A stretch of 64,000 bases of DNA. Origin: Leucoraja ocellata. Taxonomy: Eukaryota. Under the pieces are notes generated by a model that did no database searches, had not been told where the DNA came from, and saw nothing but the letters and a program-made list of their open reading frames with translations. Numbering within the stretch: position 1 is the first letter of the stretch; each line of letters begins with the position of its first letter. Of this stretch, positions 34,959 to 48,200 are shown in pieces. Position numbers and translations under genes: made by a program. Where the stretch lies: contig JAWMAR010001141.1 of NCBI GenBank assembly GCA_036785375.1, positions 248,001-312,000 of the forward strand, read 5' to 3'.

Positions 34959-37900
34959 CTGCAAAAAAAAAACTTAGAAGTCATCAGATTAATTGACTCC
35001 GGGAATTGTGCTGTATTTCACAAGGCCACTAACAACAGAATTCTGCTTCCAATTGGCACAGTGATGCAGCTGATAGAGCTGCTGCCTCACAGCGTCCAAG
35101 AATTTGCTTGGATTTTGACTTTGATGCTATCTGTGTGGCGTTTACATGTTCTCGCTGTGGCCATGTGGGTTTCCTCCGCGAGCTCCGGTTTCCTCCCACC
35201 TCCCAAAGACTTGTGGGTTTACAGGTTAATTGGCCAATGTGAATTTCCCCTAGTGTGTTGGGAGTTGGGATGAGAGAATGGGATAACATCGAACTAATGC
35301 GTACGGGTGATCAATGGCCTGATCGGCACAAAGTGCTGGAGTAACCCAGCGAGTCTGGCACGATCTCTGGAGAAAAAGGATGGGTGACATTTCAGGTCGG
35401 GACCCTTCTTCAAACTGAAAGTAGAGGAGAGGGAACTGGGTTCAGATAAGGTGGTCACAGTGGGCCAAAGGGCCTGTTTCCCAGTTGTATTTCTCTGATT
35501 CAATGACACTACAACATCTACGTCAAACACTTCAGTTCATTCTGCACACAAATATCTTGTCAAGACCAATTGATATCATCTTCGTAGAGCATTGGTTTGG
35601 CCTATATTTGTGAAGTACTTTATCTAAACGCTTTTTGTTTGTTTTATTTTACCAGCATGTTTGAAGGTATTAATGGACAGCATTTGGAAGCATTCAGCGA
35701 TTCTGATGATCTCCGCAAAACATACCTTCCTTATACTTGTGAACAATGAGACTGAGATGCTGCAGATCCCAAGCAGAGCGAAGTACAGCCAGCGTCCCAC
35801 ATTCCATATCATGTAACTGAGCAAAGGGGGAAAGATACAGAATCAGTGGGAGGAAACAGACTTGTTCGTGTTGGAAACATTCATAGCCTGATTGCTGTGA
35901 AATCTCTGCATGGAGCAGGGCACAGCAACAGAGCCCAGGTAGTTCACCTGGGAAATTCCACCGTCCAGGATCTCGACCCGAAACTTCACCTATCCATGTT
36001 CTTCAGAGATGCTGCCTGACTCGCTGAGTTACTCCAGCATTTTGTGTCTAGCGTTGATAAAGTTAGATAAAAAAAGATGGGAGAAGTGACGAGTGGTATG
36101 TAAACACCTGTGTGGGACCAGTTCAGTTGATCTTTTCTGTGCCTTAAATCCTATGTGATCAGATGTCATTCTGCGTAACCCTGGAACCTCATCACATTGA
36201 GGGTATTGTGTGCATTTCTGGTCACCATGTTACAGGAAAGATTTTGTCAAGCTGGAAAGGGTGCAGAGAAGATTAACGAGGATGTTGCCGGGACTCGAGG
36301 GACTGATGTATAGGGAAAGGTTGAGCAAGCTCGGTGATTATTTCTTGGAGAGCAGGAGAACGAGGGGTGATCTTATGGAGGTGTATCATCAAGAGATGAA
36401 TCAACAATTACTCTCTCATTGTTTTTTTGTTACATTGACACATTTGATAGAGCTGCTCTCTTAAGGCGCTAAACACCTGGGTTCGATCCTGAACTCAGGA
36501 TGTTATCTGCGTGGATTTCTACATTCTCCCTATGACCGCGTGGTTCTCGTGCAGGTGCTCTGGTTTGCTCCCACATCCTAAAGGCATGCGGGTTTGGAGG
36601 TTAATTGGCATCTGTAAAATCGCCCTTAATGTGTAGGAAGTGAACAATAAGGTGGTACAACACAGAACTAATGTTAACGGGGGGATGGAAGATCGACACA
36701 AAAAGCTGGAGTAACTCAGCGGGTCAGACAGCACCTCTGGAGAGAAGGAATAGATGACGTTTTTCATGTTGAGTCACTTCTTCAGACTGATCTATGGATG
36801 TCATGGACTCATAGGGTGGAAGGGCCTGTTTCCGTGCTAGAGTCCATTTGGCCCATTGAGTGTATGCTGGATCTTAGATCATTCTCGTACTCCGATCTCA
36901 ACATTTGAATCGATTGAAGTCAATACTCTGATGCACTTAACTAGCAAATGAAAGAGGAAATTCTCTTCCAATTAAATATCATAGGGAAGCAGAGCCAATC
37001 ACAACAGCAGTAATAACATAATTGTACCATTCAGTGCAGGTGGATCGGGTGGAGTCATTTTGACTCTCATTGGATCTTTTTACTGTACTTGCAAAAGGTG
37101 TAGTCATCATTCGTTCAGCCACTTTATGTTCTGTTGGGTCAAGGAAATACAATTCAGCATCACCTGCTTTTCACTTGCAATCTTAAGTTCATAAGGCATA
37201 GGAGCAGAATTAGGTCATTCGGCCCATCAAGTCTACTCCATCATTCAATCATGGCTGATCTATCTCTCACTCCTAACCCTATTCTCCTGCCTTCTCCCCA
37301 TAACCCCTGATACCCGTACTATCTCCGCCTTAAAATATCCATTGACTTGGCCTCCACAATATTCTGTGGCAATAAATTCCACAGATTTACTACCGTCTTG
37401 CTTAAGAATTCCTTCCTAAAGAAACACTCTTTAATTCTGAGGCTATGACCTCTGGCCCTAGATTATCTCACTAGTGGAAACATCTTCCCCACATCCACTC
37501 TATCCAGGCCTTTCATTATTCAGTAAGTTTCAAAAAGGGCCTCCCTCACCCTTCCAAACTCCAGCGAGTACAGGCCCAGTGCTGTCAAACACTCATCATA
37601 TATTAACCCACTCATTCCTGGGATCGTTCTTGTAAACCTCCTCTGGACCCTCTCCAGAACAAGCACATTCTTCCTCAGATATGGGACTGACCAAACAGTC
37701 TGCTCCACCATTCAATCACGGCAGATCTATCCATCCCTCTCTACCCCATATGCAGGGGGAGGATGTGCTGGCCGTAGCAGTGCGCATGTGCGAGGCGGCC
37801 GGCCGTGCCGGCGGACGAGGAGCCCGGCGGCCCAGACACGGATGGCGGGCGGAGACGGAGAGTAACAGAGAGAGAGAGATAATGAGGGGACTCACTCAGA

Positions 37901-40900
37901 GTTAAACGGCAGGTGTCCCGGGTGCTTGCCATGCCGGGCAAAATGACACAACTTTTAGGTTGCCCGGCAGGACGTTAGATGGCCATTGGCACCTGGGCAA
38001 CCGTAAATTTCGAGCCCTGCTTTGGCCGAGGCCCCTAGATTTCGGGGCCCTGGGCAGGGTAACGTTTCGTACTTACCATTGTTACCGAAATGCACTATAT
38101 AACTGCAATTCTCTCCGGTGTTGGACACTGCCACAGTAACCATTTCACTGGACTCTGTCCCGTTATTATTTGAGGCTTTGCAGTAATATTGATGGCTTTG
38201 TTGTTTGAAGTATTGACAACGTAGACCCAGGTTGTTGTTATTTGAGATCTTTAAGGTATTTTCATACCAGGTGTAGCTAATGGGAAGAGATCCCCGCTCA
38301 GACCTACAGGACACTGTCACTGAGCCTCTGACACCGGGGACATTGGCTGGTGATAGTAATCCAAGCACAGGAACAGACACAGGTTCTGTGGGAAAGGAGC
38401 AAATAATGGATACAAAGTCAACACTTGAATATAAACGACTCTCCCATTCTGGCACCCTTGTACCTCGACTTGTGAAGAGGTACACGCGAACCTCGTCTCC
38501 TGCCTTCGGTGCTCGCAATATGACCTCGACCTTGACATCGGCCAGCCCAAACGGAGGCTTGGAGACCGGTTCGCTGAACACTTGCCGCCCCGTTCCCCTC
38601 CACGCGGTCAATTCCATCCCTCCATCCCTCCCTCAATCCTGCTTCACATTTCACTGTTCCTCCTCTCCTTATCTGGTCTCCTCCTCACTTATATCTCTCC
38701 ACCCGTCTGTTGATCAACCCTCTCATCTGTATATATCTATCTATCTATCCCTCGCCAGGCTTGGTGCCGTTCCCATCTCTCAATTCCAGTTTTCTCCTCC
38801 CTCATTCCGTCTGTCTGAAGGGGGGTCACGACTCGAGTGTTCAAGAAGGAACTGCAGATGCTGGAAGATCGAAGGTACACAAAAATGCTGGAGAAACTCA
38901 GCGGGTGCAGCAGCATCTATGGAGCGAAGGAAATAGGCGACGTTTCGGGCCGAAACCCTTCTTCAGACTCGAGTTGGTTTTGTCCATTGCCTCCACAGAT
39001 GCTACCTGACCCACTAAGTTCTTCCAGCACTTATGATTTTGTTTACGTGTCGTACACCTGTCCAATGTTCGGTGGCTATACAGAGAGGCTATAGTTGTGC
39101 TTGGATTAAGTGACCTGCAACAGGAAGGGCACCCACTGGTGCTGATATCGGGGTGGAGACAGCGAGAGATATTGTCAGTCTGAGAATCCCAGAAACTCGG
39201 GGAAGCTGGAGGTCGCCGGGAGTTTCCTGAAAGGTCTGATTAGGATTGCTTTACTCAAATTTCCACCGAGATTGGGCCGGGTGGAGAGGCTGGCTGGCTG
39301 CCGGGCGGTGGGTGGTCAGTGGTGAGTGGCTGCTGGGGGTGGGGGCGCATTGACGGGACAGAGGGAGATAGAGGGAGAGAGACCGCTGGGTGGGGAGAGG
39401 GTGTATGGTCCCTGAGGTGGGGGCGGGGTGCGGGCTGGCCTGCCCCGGGAGTATTGAATGCAGTCTGTTGAACTCACGGGACTGATTCCCTGTTTATGAT
39501 TCTCCAGGTATTCAGACCAGACCACTTGTTTCTATCTGATCTGTCGGATTATTAGTTTTAGTGGGAATGCAAACCTCTGACAGGGTGACATTTCATACAG
39601 TTCAGAGGCAGGGAAATGTGCTGAGCGGGACAGAGCCGGCACTGGGTGAGAGCAACATGAGTGGGGTTTCCCGACCCCCGCCCGCTCCCCGCGGGTCTCT
39701 GCACTGCTGCGGAGCCTCGGGATATCGGTGCTGCCCTGACCCTTCCCGGAGAAAACATGGATCAGGCATTTCAGTGGAGACGTCAAGTTAATCGCTGCGA
39801 AACGTACCGTCAGATACTTGGAGATAAATGTTAAACAATGGATCGTAGCCAGATGTAGTAATTCCACAGTTGTACCATCCAGTATCTCCAGAGCGAAGAT
39901 CCTCCACAGTCACGGTAAATATTCCTCGTGCCGGGTTATCGGTGATTGACGCTCTTCCATTCCGTCCGTGTTGCCCATTTGTTTCCAATAAAACTCTACA
40001 CTGGCGGGTCCACCCTTGACACCAGTATTTTGTGTGTGAGCGGTACTTTGCTTCATAGTGACAATCGATTGTGATCGCTCTTCCCACAACTCCTCTTACA
40101 TGTTCCTTCCCCCACACCGCACCTGAAACTGAGAGGACAAATCTTCTGAAAATGAACAGGAACAATCAGCTGAATATTCGGAATGATGAGGGGTGTGTTG
40201 GACAACATTCACCCCCGCACCAACACTGGACCAGATCATCCATCACTGAATGGACTTGCCCTCGTTTCAATTGGAAACGTCTCTGCCATTTCCAACCTAG
40301 TGGTAGGAAACAACATCTCATATTTCCCGTCGGCAAATTACACCTCAATGGTATGAATATTGATATCAAGTAAACCTTACATCCCCCCCTCTGCCCATCC
40401 CTCCCCCACCCAAGTTGCACCAGCTTCTTGTTGAATCTCATTGTCTGTAACTAGTTCTCACTCACCGCACAGCAATGGCCTGTTTCCTTTACCATTGTTA
40501 CTTGTTTACATATATTTCATTCATTTGTTCTATATCTCTCTACACAACCGTCTATACCTCTTCCATTTCCCCTGACTCTGTAGAAGAGTCTAGATCTCGA
40601 AACAGCACCTATCCCTTAGTTCCATAGATGCTGTCTGACCAGCTGAGTTACTCTAGTATATTGTGTCTATCTTCCAAACCAACATTGTCTCTGCCCCCTC
40701 AGCATTGCCGGCGTTTCTATCGCTCGTCACGCTGCTGGGAGCGGCATCTCCCGGCCTTAGTGTCGGCTGGTGACTTCCCAGAAGATCCAGCAGTTGTGAA
40801 TGGAAGGAGACCACAGAGTACAATATTCGGCAAATTACCTCACTATAGCTACCAACTAAATGGCTCGCTTTAATGACCGAGTGAGAAAATACGTCCAAGT

Positions 40901-43235
40901 AACTATATGGGATTCTGGATAGTGATCCCCTCTAACTCACAATCAGTTTCACAACAGCATCAGGGTTAAGGTTGGGTCTTGCTGAATTAGACAAAAGCAC
41001 AACAGAGGCAAAACAAAATGAGAAGTAAATGATTACTCATTGCGGGAGCGCTGTTGCCCAACATTCTACCCACGAGGATTAGTGAACTAACAAAATAAAC
41101 GGCTAAATTTTAAACAAAACGGACCTCTTGTCAATTTGAGAATTTGAAGCGTAACTAGACCAAGTGGAGACCCGTTGTGTATGTACCCCCAGCGTGCGGT
41201 TGCGAGGGGAGAAGTGGGGAAGGGGGGGGGGGGGGGGTGGCATGCGGCGTCACACACATTAACCACCCCCACACACACTAACTACCCCCTCGCACACACG
41301 CTAACTAACCCCCCCCCCTTGTCAATATATTAATATTATGCATTTGCTCCTTTTACCCCATAACCGCCCTATCTACTGACGCATAGCCCCCAACTCGCGT
41401 CTAGAGAGGAAGGGGGGGGGGGTTAGAGAGTGAGGGCAGAGAGAGAAGGGGGTAAGAGGGAGGGGAGGGGGAGAGGCAGGGAAGGAGGGGGGTACAGGGA
41501 AGGGGGAAGGGAGAAGAGGGGGGGGGGAGGACGGGGTGAGGGGTGGAGATGTGGGGAGAGAGAGGTGGGGGAGAGAAGGAGAGAGAGGCGGGGAAGAGAG
41601 AGAGAGAGAGAGGATGGGAGAGGGGTGGGGAGAGAGATTTATTCAAAATCTGGGGAAATAATTGACCAAGGAATGGATTTCTGAACTCCTAAGATAAATC
41701 GCTACGGAAATTGTAAAAATCTCCGCTTTTTTGTGTCAGGTTTTGTCAGGTTTTTGAGGAGATACGTTNNNNNNNNNNNNNNNNNNNNNNNNNNNNNNNN
41801 NNNNNNNNNNNNNNNNNNNNNNNNNNNNNNNNNNNNNNNNNNNNNNNNNNNNNNNNNNNNNNNNNNNNNNNNNNNNNNNNNNNNNNNNNNNNNNNNNNNN
41901 NNNNNNNNNNNNNNNNNNNNNNNNNNNNNNNNNNNNNNNNNNNNNNNNNNNNNNNNNNNNNNNNNNNNNNNNNNNNNNNNNNNNNNNNNNNNNNNNNNNN
42001 NNNNNNNNNNNNNNNCCGTTCTGTTTTCTCGTTTATAACATTGTTTACAGAGTACTATGTTTACAAATTCTGTTGTGCTGCTGCTAGTAAGGATTTCATT
42101 GTTCTAACTGGGACGTGAGTGAACAAAACACTCTTGACTCTTGACTTACTCCGCTAATGTGTGGGATAGAACTAGTGTACAGGTGATCGGTGGTCGGCGT
42201 GGACTCGGTGGGCCGAAGGGCCTGTTTCCACGCTGTGTCTTTAAATTAAACTAAAAACACTAAAACCAGAGGGAGGGTAAAGAAGGGTCTCTACCCGAAA
42301 CGTCACCCAATTTCTTCTATCCAGAGTTGCTGGCTGCTCCATGGAGTAACCCCGCACAATTAAAGCATGGAATAGTCTTCACCCTACCATAGTTACCCAA
42401 ACAGACGCAACTAAATTTAAGGTACCTCTTTTTTCCCCAAGAACCCTTTCATGCTTGCGTCCAAGTCAAGAGTCAAGAGATGCTTAAGAAGGAACTGCAG
42501 ATGCTGGAAAATCCCAGGTACACAAATGTGCTGGAGAAACTCAGCGGGTGCAGCAGCATCTATGGAGCGAAGGAAATAGGCAATGTTTCGGGCCAAAACC
42601 CTTCTTCAGACTGGTGGGGGGTGGGGGTGGGGGGTTAGGGTTAGGAGGAAGAGAAGCAGAGGGCTGAGGGAGAGCTGGGAAGGGGAGGAGACAGCAAGGG
42701 CTAACAGAATTGTGAGAATTCAATGTTCATGTCACCAGGATGCAGACTCCCCAAGCGGAATATGAGGTGCTGTTCCTCCAATTTCTGGTGGTGCTCACTC
42801 TGGCCATGGAGGAGGCCCAGGACAAAGAGGTTGGATACGGAATGGGAGGGGGAGTTGAAGTGCTGAGCCACCGGGAGGTCAGGTTGGTTAATGCAGACCG
42901 AGCGGAGGTGTTCGGCGAAACGATCGCCAAGCCTACGCTTGGTCTCACCGATGTAGATCAGCTGACATCTAGAGCAGCGGATGCAATAGATGCATGAGAA
43001 AGTGCCTGGGGAGGGGGTGGTGCAGGAGGGAAGGGAAGAATTAACAAGGGAGTTACGGAGGGAACGGGCTCAGCACTTCCACTCCCCCTCCCATTCCGTA
43101 TCTGACTTCTCTGTCCTGGGCCTCCTCCATTGCATGAACATTGAATTCTCACAATTCCGTTAGCCTTTGCTGTCTCCTCCCCTTCCCAGCTCTCCCTCAG
43201 CCCTCGGGCTCCATCTCCTTTTTCCTTTCTTCTCC

Positions 43236-43270
<35 letters not shown>

Positions 43271-45283
43271 ATCAGTCTGAAGAAGGGTTTCGGCCCGAAA
43301 CGTTGCCTATTTCCTTCGCTCCATAGATGCTGCTGCACCTGCTGAGTTTCTCCAGCATTTTTGTGTACTAGAGTCAACAGAGTTTTATTGTCATGTGTCC
43401 CAGATAGGACAATTAAATTCTTGCTTGCTGCAGCACAAGAGAATATGTAAACATAATACAGAACAGGAGATAAAAGTTCAGTGTCCTTATATACCATAGA
43501 CCATATATATATACACAATAAGTAAACAGATAAAATACAATAGGCTGTTATTGTTCAGCCCTCCACCACCTCCAGTTTAAATTCAATTTAGAATATTTAT
43601 GGAGGACCAGGAAACCAGAAGCAAGAGTTACTCCAGGGTGTTACTCCAGATCCAGGGTCAGGGAGTGATTCTGCGTTGGTTTTCAGCGACCGGACAGCAA
43701 TGGCGGCCAGATCTGTTTGCTCCCCATACCCCATGATTCCATTAGCCTTAAGAGCTGTATCTAACTCTCTCTTGAACTCTCTCTTGAATTGGCCTCCACT
43801 GCCCTCTGTGGCAGAGAATTCTACAGATTCACAACTCTGGGTGAAAAGAGTTTTCCTCATCTGGCCTACCCCTTATTCAGGTCTCAACCCAAAACGTCAC
43901 CTATCCATGTTCTCCAGAGATGCTGCCTGACCTGCTGACTTACTCCAGCACTTTGGTCATTACTAAAGCTGAATAGCCAGCTGCCTGTGGTACCAGTGGT
44001 GACTCAGCAGGTCAGGCAGCATCTGTGGAGAACATGGATAGGTGACGTTTCAAGTCAAGACCATGACATACTGCCTGACCTACTGAGTTACGGCAGCACT
44101 TTGTGCCCCATTGAACTAAACTTCCCGGCCTGTGGTGGAAGCTGGGTCTGCCACTGATGTTTCAAACTCCACGTCCACCTGGAATAATCATGAGGTGTCT
44201 TTTTCACACAAAGGCTGGTGGGTGTATGGAACAAGCTGCCAGAGGAGGTAGTTGAGGCAGGGACTATCCCATAATCTAAAAGCAGTTAGACAGGTACATG
44301 GATAGGACAGGTTTGAAGGTACATGGACCAAACGTGGACAGGTGGGACTAGTGTTGCTGAGACATGTTGGCCGGTGTGGGTAAGAAGGGCTGAAGGGCCT
44401 GTTTCCACACTGTATCACTCTATGACTCTAACACATGTGAAACTCTGCAGATTCAGGAGCTGGGGTGGAGACACATCATCACATCAGTCCAGGTCGGCTC
44501 ACAAGCCACAAGACAAATGCCTTGAAGGAGAACTCAGAGGCTGGGGAAAGCACAGTGTGTAGAACAGCTCGAGCAGCAGAGTCTGTTGTAAGGCAGCTGG
44601 TTTTTCTTAGAAGGGAGAGATTACCACAACTTCTCCAAATGCTAAATTGGACAGTCACTCTGGTGCTTCCTCATTTGAGATGACGCCTGTTCCCAATGGC
44701 TGGCTTTCACAGAATTTTCTTTGAATGTGCTAAGGTTTAGGTTCAACATTTCCCATTGCAGTACGTGGAGGGAATGCCGTGTGTCTTTGATCGACTAAAT
44801 GCTGGGGTAACGCAGCGGGTCAGATGTCATCTCTGGCGAGAAGGGGAGGTGATGGAGACAGAGGGAAAGCAAAGGCTACTTGAAGTACACATTGGATACA
44901 TTGGTAATGATTTGTGTAGTACCATGTTACAGAGAGAGAGTGTTTACATGACTATATTCCAATACTGGTCATATTATTATGTGCTGAACATTTTGCAGCT
45001 TTACGTGGCGACACATTTTTAACCATCTGAATGAATGAATGAATGAATGTCTATTGGCCAAGCATTCACATACAAGGAATTGGCCTTGGTGCTCCGCCCG
45101 CAAATGACAAAATGGCATACAGTGACAGATAGGAATGCTACATAAAACATAACACATTAATAACACTGCATCTCTGCAGTGGCAACAGTGTATAACGTGC
45201 AAACTAATACTAATTATCAGAATGTCCAATGCTGAATGTTACTCACCGGGCAAGAAACAAATGAGAAGAACTGGCACCAACAT
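34923..45283 (-). CDS. Activating-type two-Ig-domain CD300/pIgR-like (MDIR-like) receptor, copy B; 6 coding exons, ~298 aa
   Basis: join(45247-45283,39808-40128,38077-38385,37028-37130,35726-35816,34923-34958); phases 1,1,1,2,0; Arg in TM, short Tyr-free tail. Confidence 0.82.
35726..35816 (-). CDS. Activating receptor B TM exon with Arg
   Basis: YMIWNVGRWLYFALLGICSISVSLFTSIRK. Confidence 0.8.
37028..37130 (-). CDS. Activating receptor B stalk exon
   Basis: Paralogous to 6118-6220; frame intact. Confidence 0.68.
38077..38385 (-). CDS. Activating receptor B second Ig exon (C2/I-set, FcR-like/PECAM-like)
   Basis: EPVSVPVL..VTVSCRSERGSLPISYTWY..QYYCKASN; ttcccacag acceptor, G|gtaagt donor, 309 nt, phase 1-1. 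Confidence 0.9.
38936..38969 (-). ncRNA. Minimal hammerhead motif (Penelope-derived), sense within activating gene B intron 2
   Basis: Same core as 56083-56117. Confidence 0.55.
39808..40128 (-). CDS. Activating receptor B V-set Ig exon
   Basis: Within ORF 39788-40165; same motifs as 7873-8193. Confidence 0.95.
43273..43308 (+). ncRNA. Minimal hammerhead motif (Penelope-derived); paralog at 13741-13776
   Basis: CUGAAGA-A-GGGU(UUCG)GCCC-GAAA-CGUU. Confidence 0.55.
45247..45283 (-). CDS. Activating receptor B leader exon
   Basis: Identical to 15724-15760. Confidence 0.85.
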
Positions 45284-48200
45284 CGTTTTAGATGCAGACC
45301 CCATGCTGGGACGTTTATTGTTCAGCTCTTAGTCCAGAGAACTAAATAAATGCCCATCGAGAAGAAATGTTACAATATAAATGATGAAGAAAGAAACAAG
45401 GAACCGGAATGTGAAACAAGAGTAAGCCAATAGCTGACAACCAGCTAGTTCCCCTTGGCTATAAATGATTTCACGAATCTAAAGTGAATTTTAATCACAT
45501 GATAGAATGTAGTTATGCTATGACTCCATGCTACTCCCATGGCATGAACTTACGAGGTCCAGATAACTGGACAAAGTCAGAACGGATTGTGCCAACGCCT
45601 GTGGAATCATCTTGTTCTGTAGTTGGGAGAGGACCACCATATCTATGCTGGATGTTGGCTACAGAGGTCTTCAGGACAGGTAGCATAGTCCCACACCCAC
45701 CTCGCTGGTCACCCTTTGACCAGAAATGGCTGATTGTGGTGGGCAAGTCATGCCGATTTGGACGGGATTTGTTCTGAACTTTGATGGGTGTGATCCAGGC
45801 TGGGACTTTGATCTCAGGGCAGGTCTCGTTTCATGCCTGGAGCTTGTTAATGGTGGGCGATTTAGTTTTGTTTGGAGATACAGCATGGAAATAGTCCCTT
45901 CGGGCCAACCAATTCCACACCATTGTAGTCCAATGTTATCCCATATTCACATCCTACACACTGGGGGACATTTACAGATGCTAATGAACCTACAAACCTG
46001 TACATATTTGGGATGAAGGAGGAAACCAGACCACCTGGAGAGAACCCGACTGTCGCAGTGAGAACATGCAAACTCCACACAGGCAGCGCATGATGCCAGG
46101 ATCACATCCAGGTCTCTGGCGCTGTGAGACGGCAGCTCTAACACTGCACCACTGTTCCTGATGGGTTTTGCTTCATTCCAAGTTTGATTCTCGCAACCAG
46201 CTAAGTAACCCAATACAAACCTGACCCACAATTGACAAAAGTTCGACTTCCCCTGGTTGGGAAGGGGATTGGATTTCCGACTAAACCTCAACAACATTGT
46301 ACGTTTAAAAAAATCTCTTATTGCTCATTTCACAAAACCTTTGGCCAGGATGTCATTCACTGTCCAGTTGGCAAGTTTAGTTTAGTTTAGTTTATCGTCA
46401 TGTGTACCGAGGTAGAGTGAGAAGATGTTTGTTGCAACAGAAAGACGATGCATGATTACTGTTTAAGAAAGAACTCCAGATGCTGGAAAAATCGAAGGTA
46501 GACAAAAATGCTGGAGAAACTCTGCGGGTGAGGCAGCATCTATGGAGCGAAGGAATAGGCAACGTTTCTGGTCGAGACCCGAAACGTCACATATTCCTTC
46601 GTTTTTGCCCACCTATGCATGATTACAAACAGCCATCCACAGTGTACAGATACAGGATAAAGTGAATAACATTAAATGCAAGATAAAGTCCAGTAAAGAC
46701 CGGGTAAAGATAGTCTGGCTGTCTCCAATAAGGTGGGTGGGAGGTTAGGACCGCTATCTAGTCGGTGAGAGGATGGTTCAGTTTCCTGATAACAGCTGGG
46801 AAGGATCTGACTCTGAATCTGGAGATATGCATTTTCACATTTCTGTACCTCTTGGCTGATGGAAGAGGGGACAAGAGGGAGTGTCCAGGGTGTGACTCAT
46901 CCCTGATTATGCTGGTGGCCTTGCCAAGGCAGCGTGTCTTGTTGATGGAGTCAATGGAAGGGAGGTTGGTATACAATCGTACACAGTGTTAATAATGGAC
47001 AAAGAAGATAATGAAATCATTATATCTCACTTTAATCTATTTCAAGGCAGATTGCTGCCCTTAAAGTTAGCCTGTGTGGCGATAAGAATTACTAACCACT
47101 TGAAAGCATCACTTGGAGTTGTGTCTTGACCCTGGTACAGTAGGTGTACGATTGGACACACAATCAGCAAAGAACTAATAGCGGTCATCAAATGATTGTG
47201 TCTGAGTTCAATACTCATTAGGTTCGGCAAATTCAATGAGTAAGGATCTCTGGGAGGAGACGTGTTTTGGACGCCTTCAATATGTTAATAGGATGTGATC
47301 TCAGCAAGCAACTGGGACAGGATCATGGTGCATTTATGGGAGGGAAATCATGTCTGACAAAGTAGCTGAGGGATTAATGGATCCCGGGTCTCTGGCGATG
47401 TGAGGCAGCAGCTCTACCAACTGGGCCACTGTGCCGCAGGCTGATGGAGAAATGGCTGCCCACTTGTAGGCTCTGGGGGCTTCTTCTCAGTATTGCTGTT
47501 AACAAAACTGAGCATCTAATCTAACTCCCCTTTATTGTTCGAAACACCATTCAACTAAGATAACAGCACTGTGCCAAAAATCATACCATGCAGTGCTCAT
47601 AGTTTGAACACAACATAAAGCAAGAGTATAGTCTCAAGAGGGGTCTCGACCTAAAATGTCACCTATCCTTTATCTCCAGAGATGCTGCCTGACCCGCTAA
47701 GTTACTCCAACACTTTGTGTCTATCTTCAGTATTTTTCTCCGCTACTCAATGGCATCATGGTTGACACAGCACCACTTTTGTGAATGGATTCTATATCCT
47801 TTGTTTCCTATAATTTTTAATAAAAATATTGATTTTTACTGTGATTGAGCCTCGATGGTCTCCTGGTGAGAGAACTTTGAGGATTCACTATGTTCCTTGT
47901 AAAGAGGCTTCTTCTTGTCCCATTCTTGAATGACTGACCTCATATTTTGAGTCAGATGCCCCTTATAAACAGGGGAAGCTTCATCCCAGCAGCTACCCTA
48001 TCAAAACCTATTAATATATGGAGCCCATTAGGTCCATTGATTCCATACCAGCTTTGGGAGTTATCCCATTAATTTGTCCCCATCCTACATCCCTTTGCCT
48101 ATTCTCTTGCATGTTACAGTTGCCAGTTATTCTACCACCTAGTACGCTCTGGGGTATGGGAGGAAACTGGAGAATCCAGAGGATAACAATGCAACGCAGA

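Noticed and set aside
37740-38060. GC-rich segment with a CAGGGCTCGAAATT end (38006-38019), possible hAT-like terminus
   Set aside because: No second TIR or TSD found; too weak to annotate
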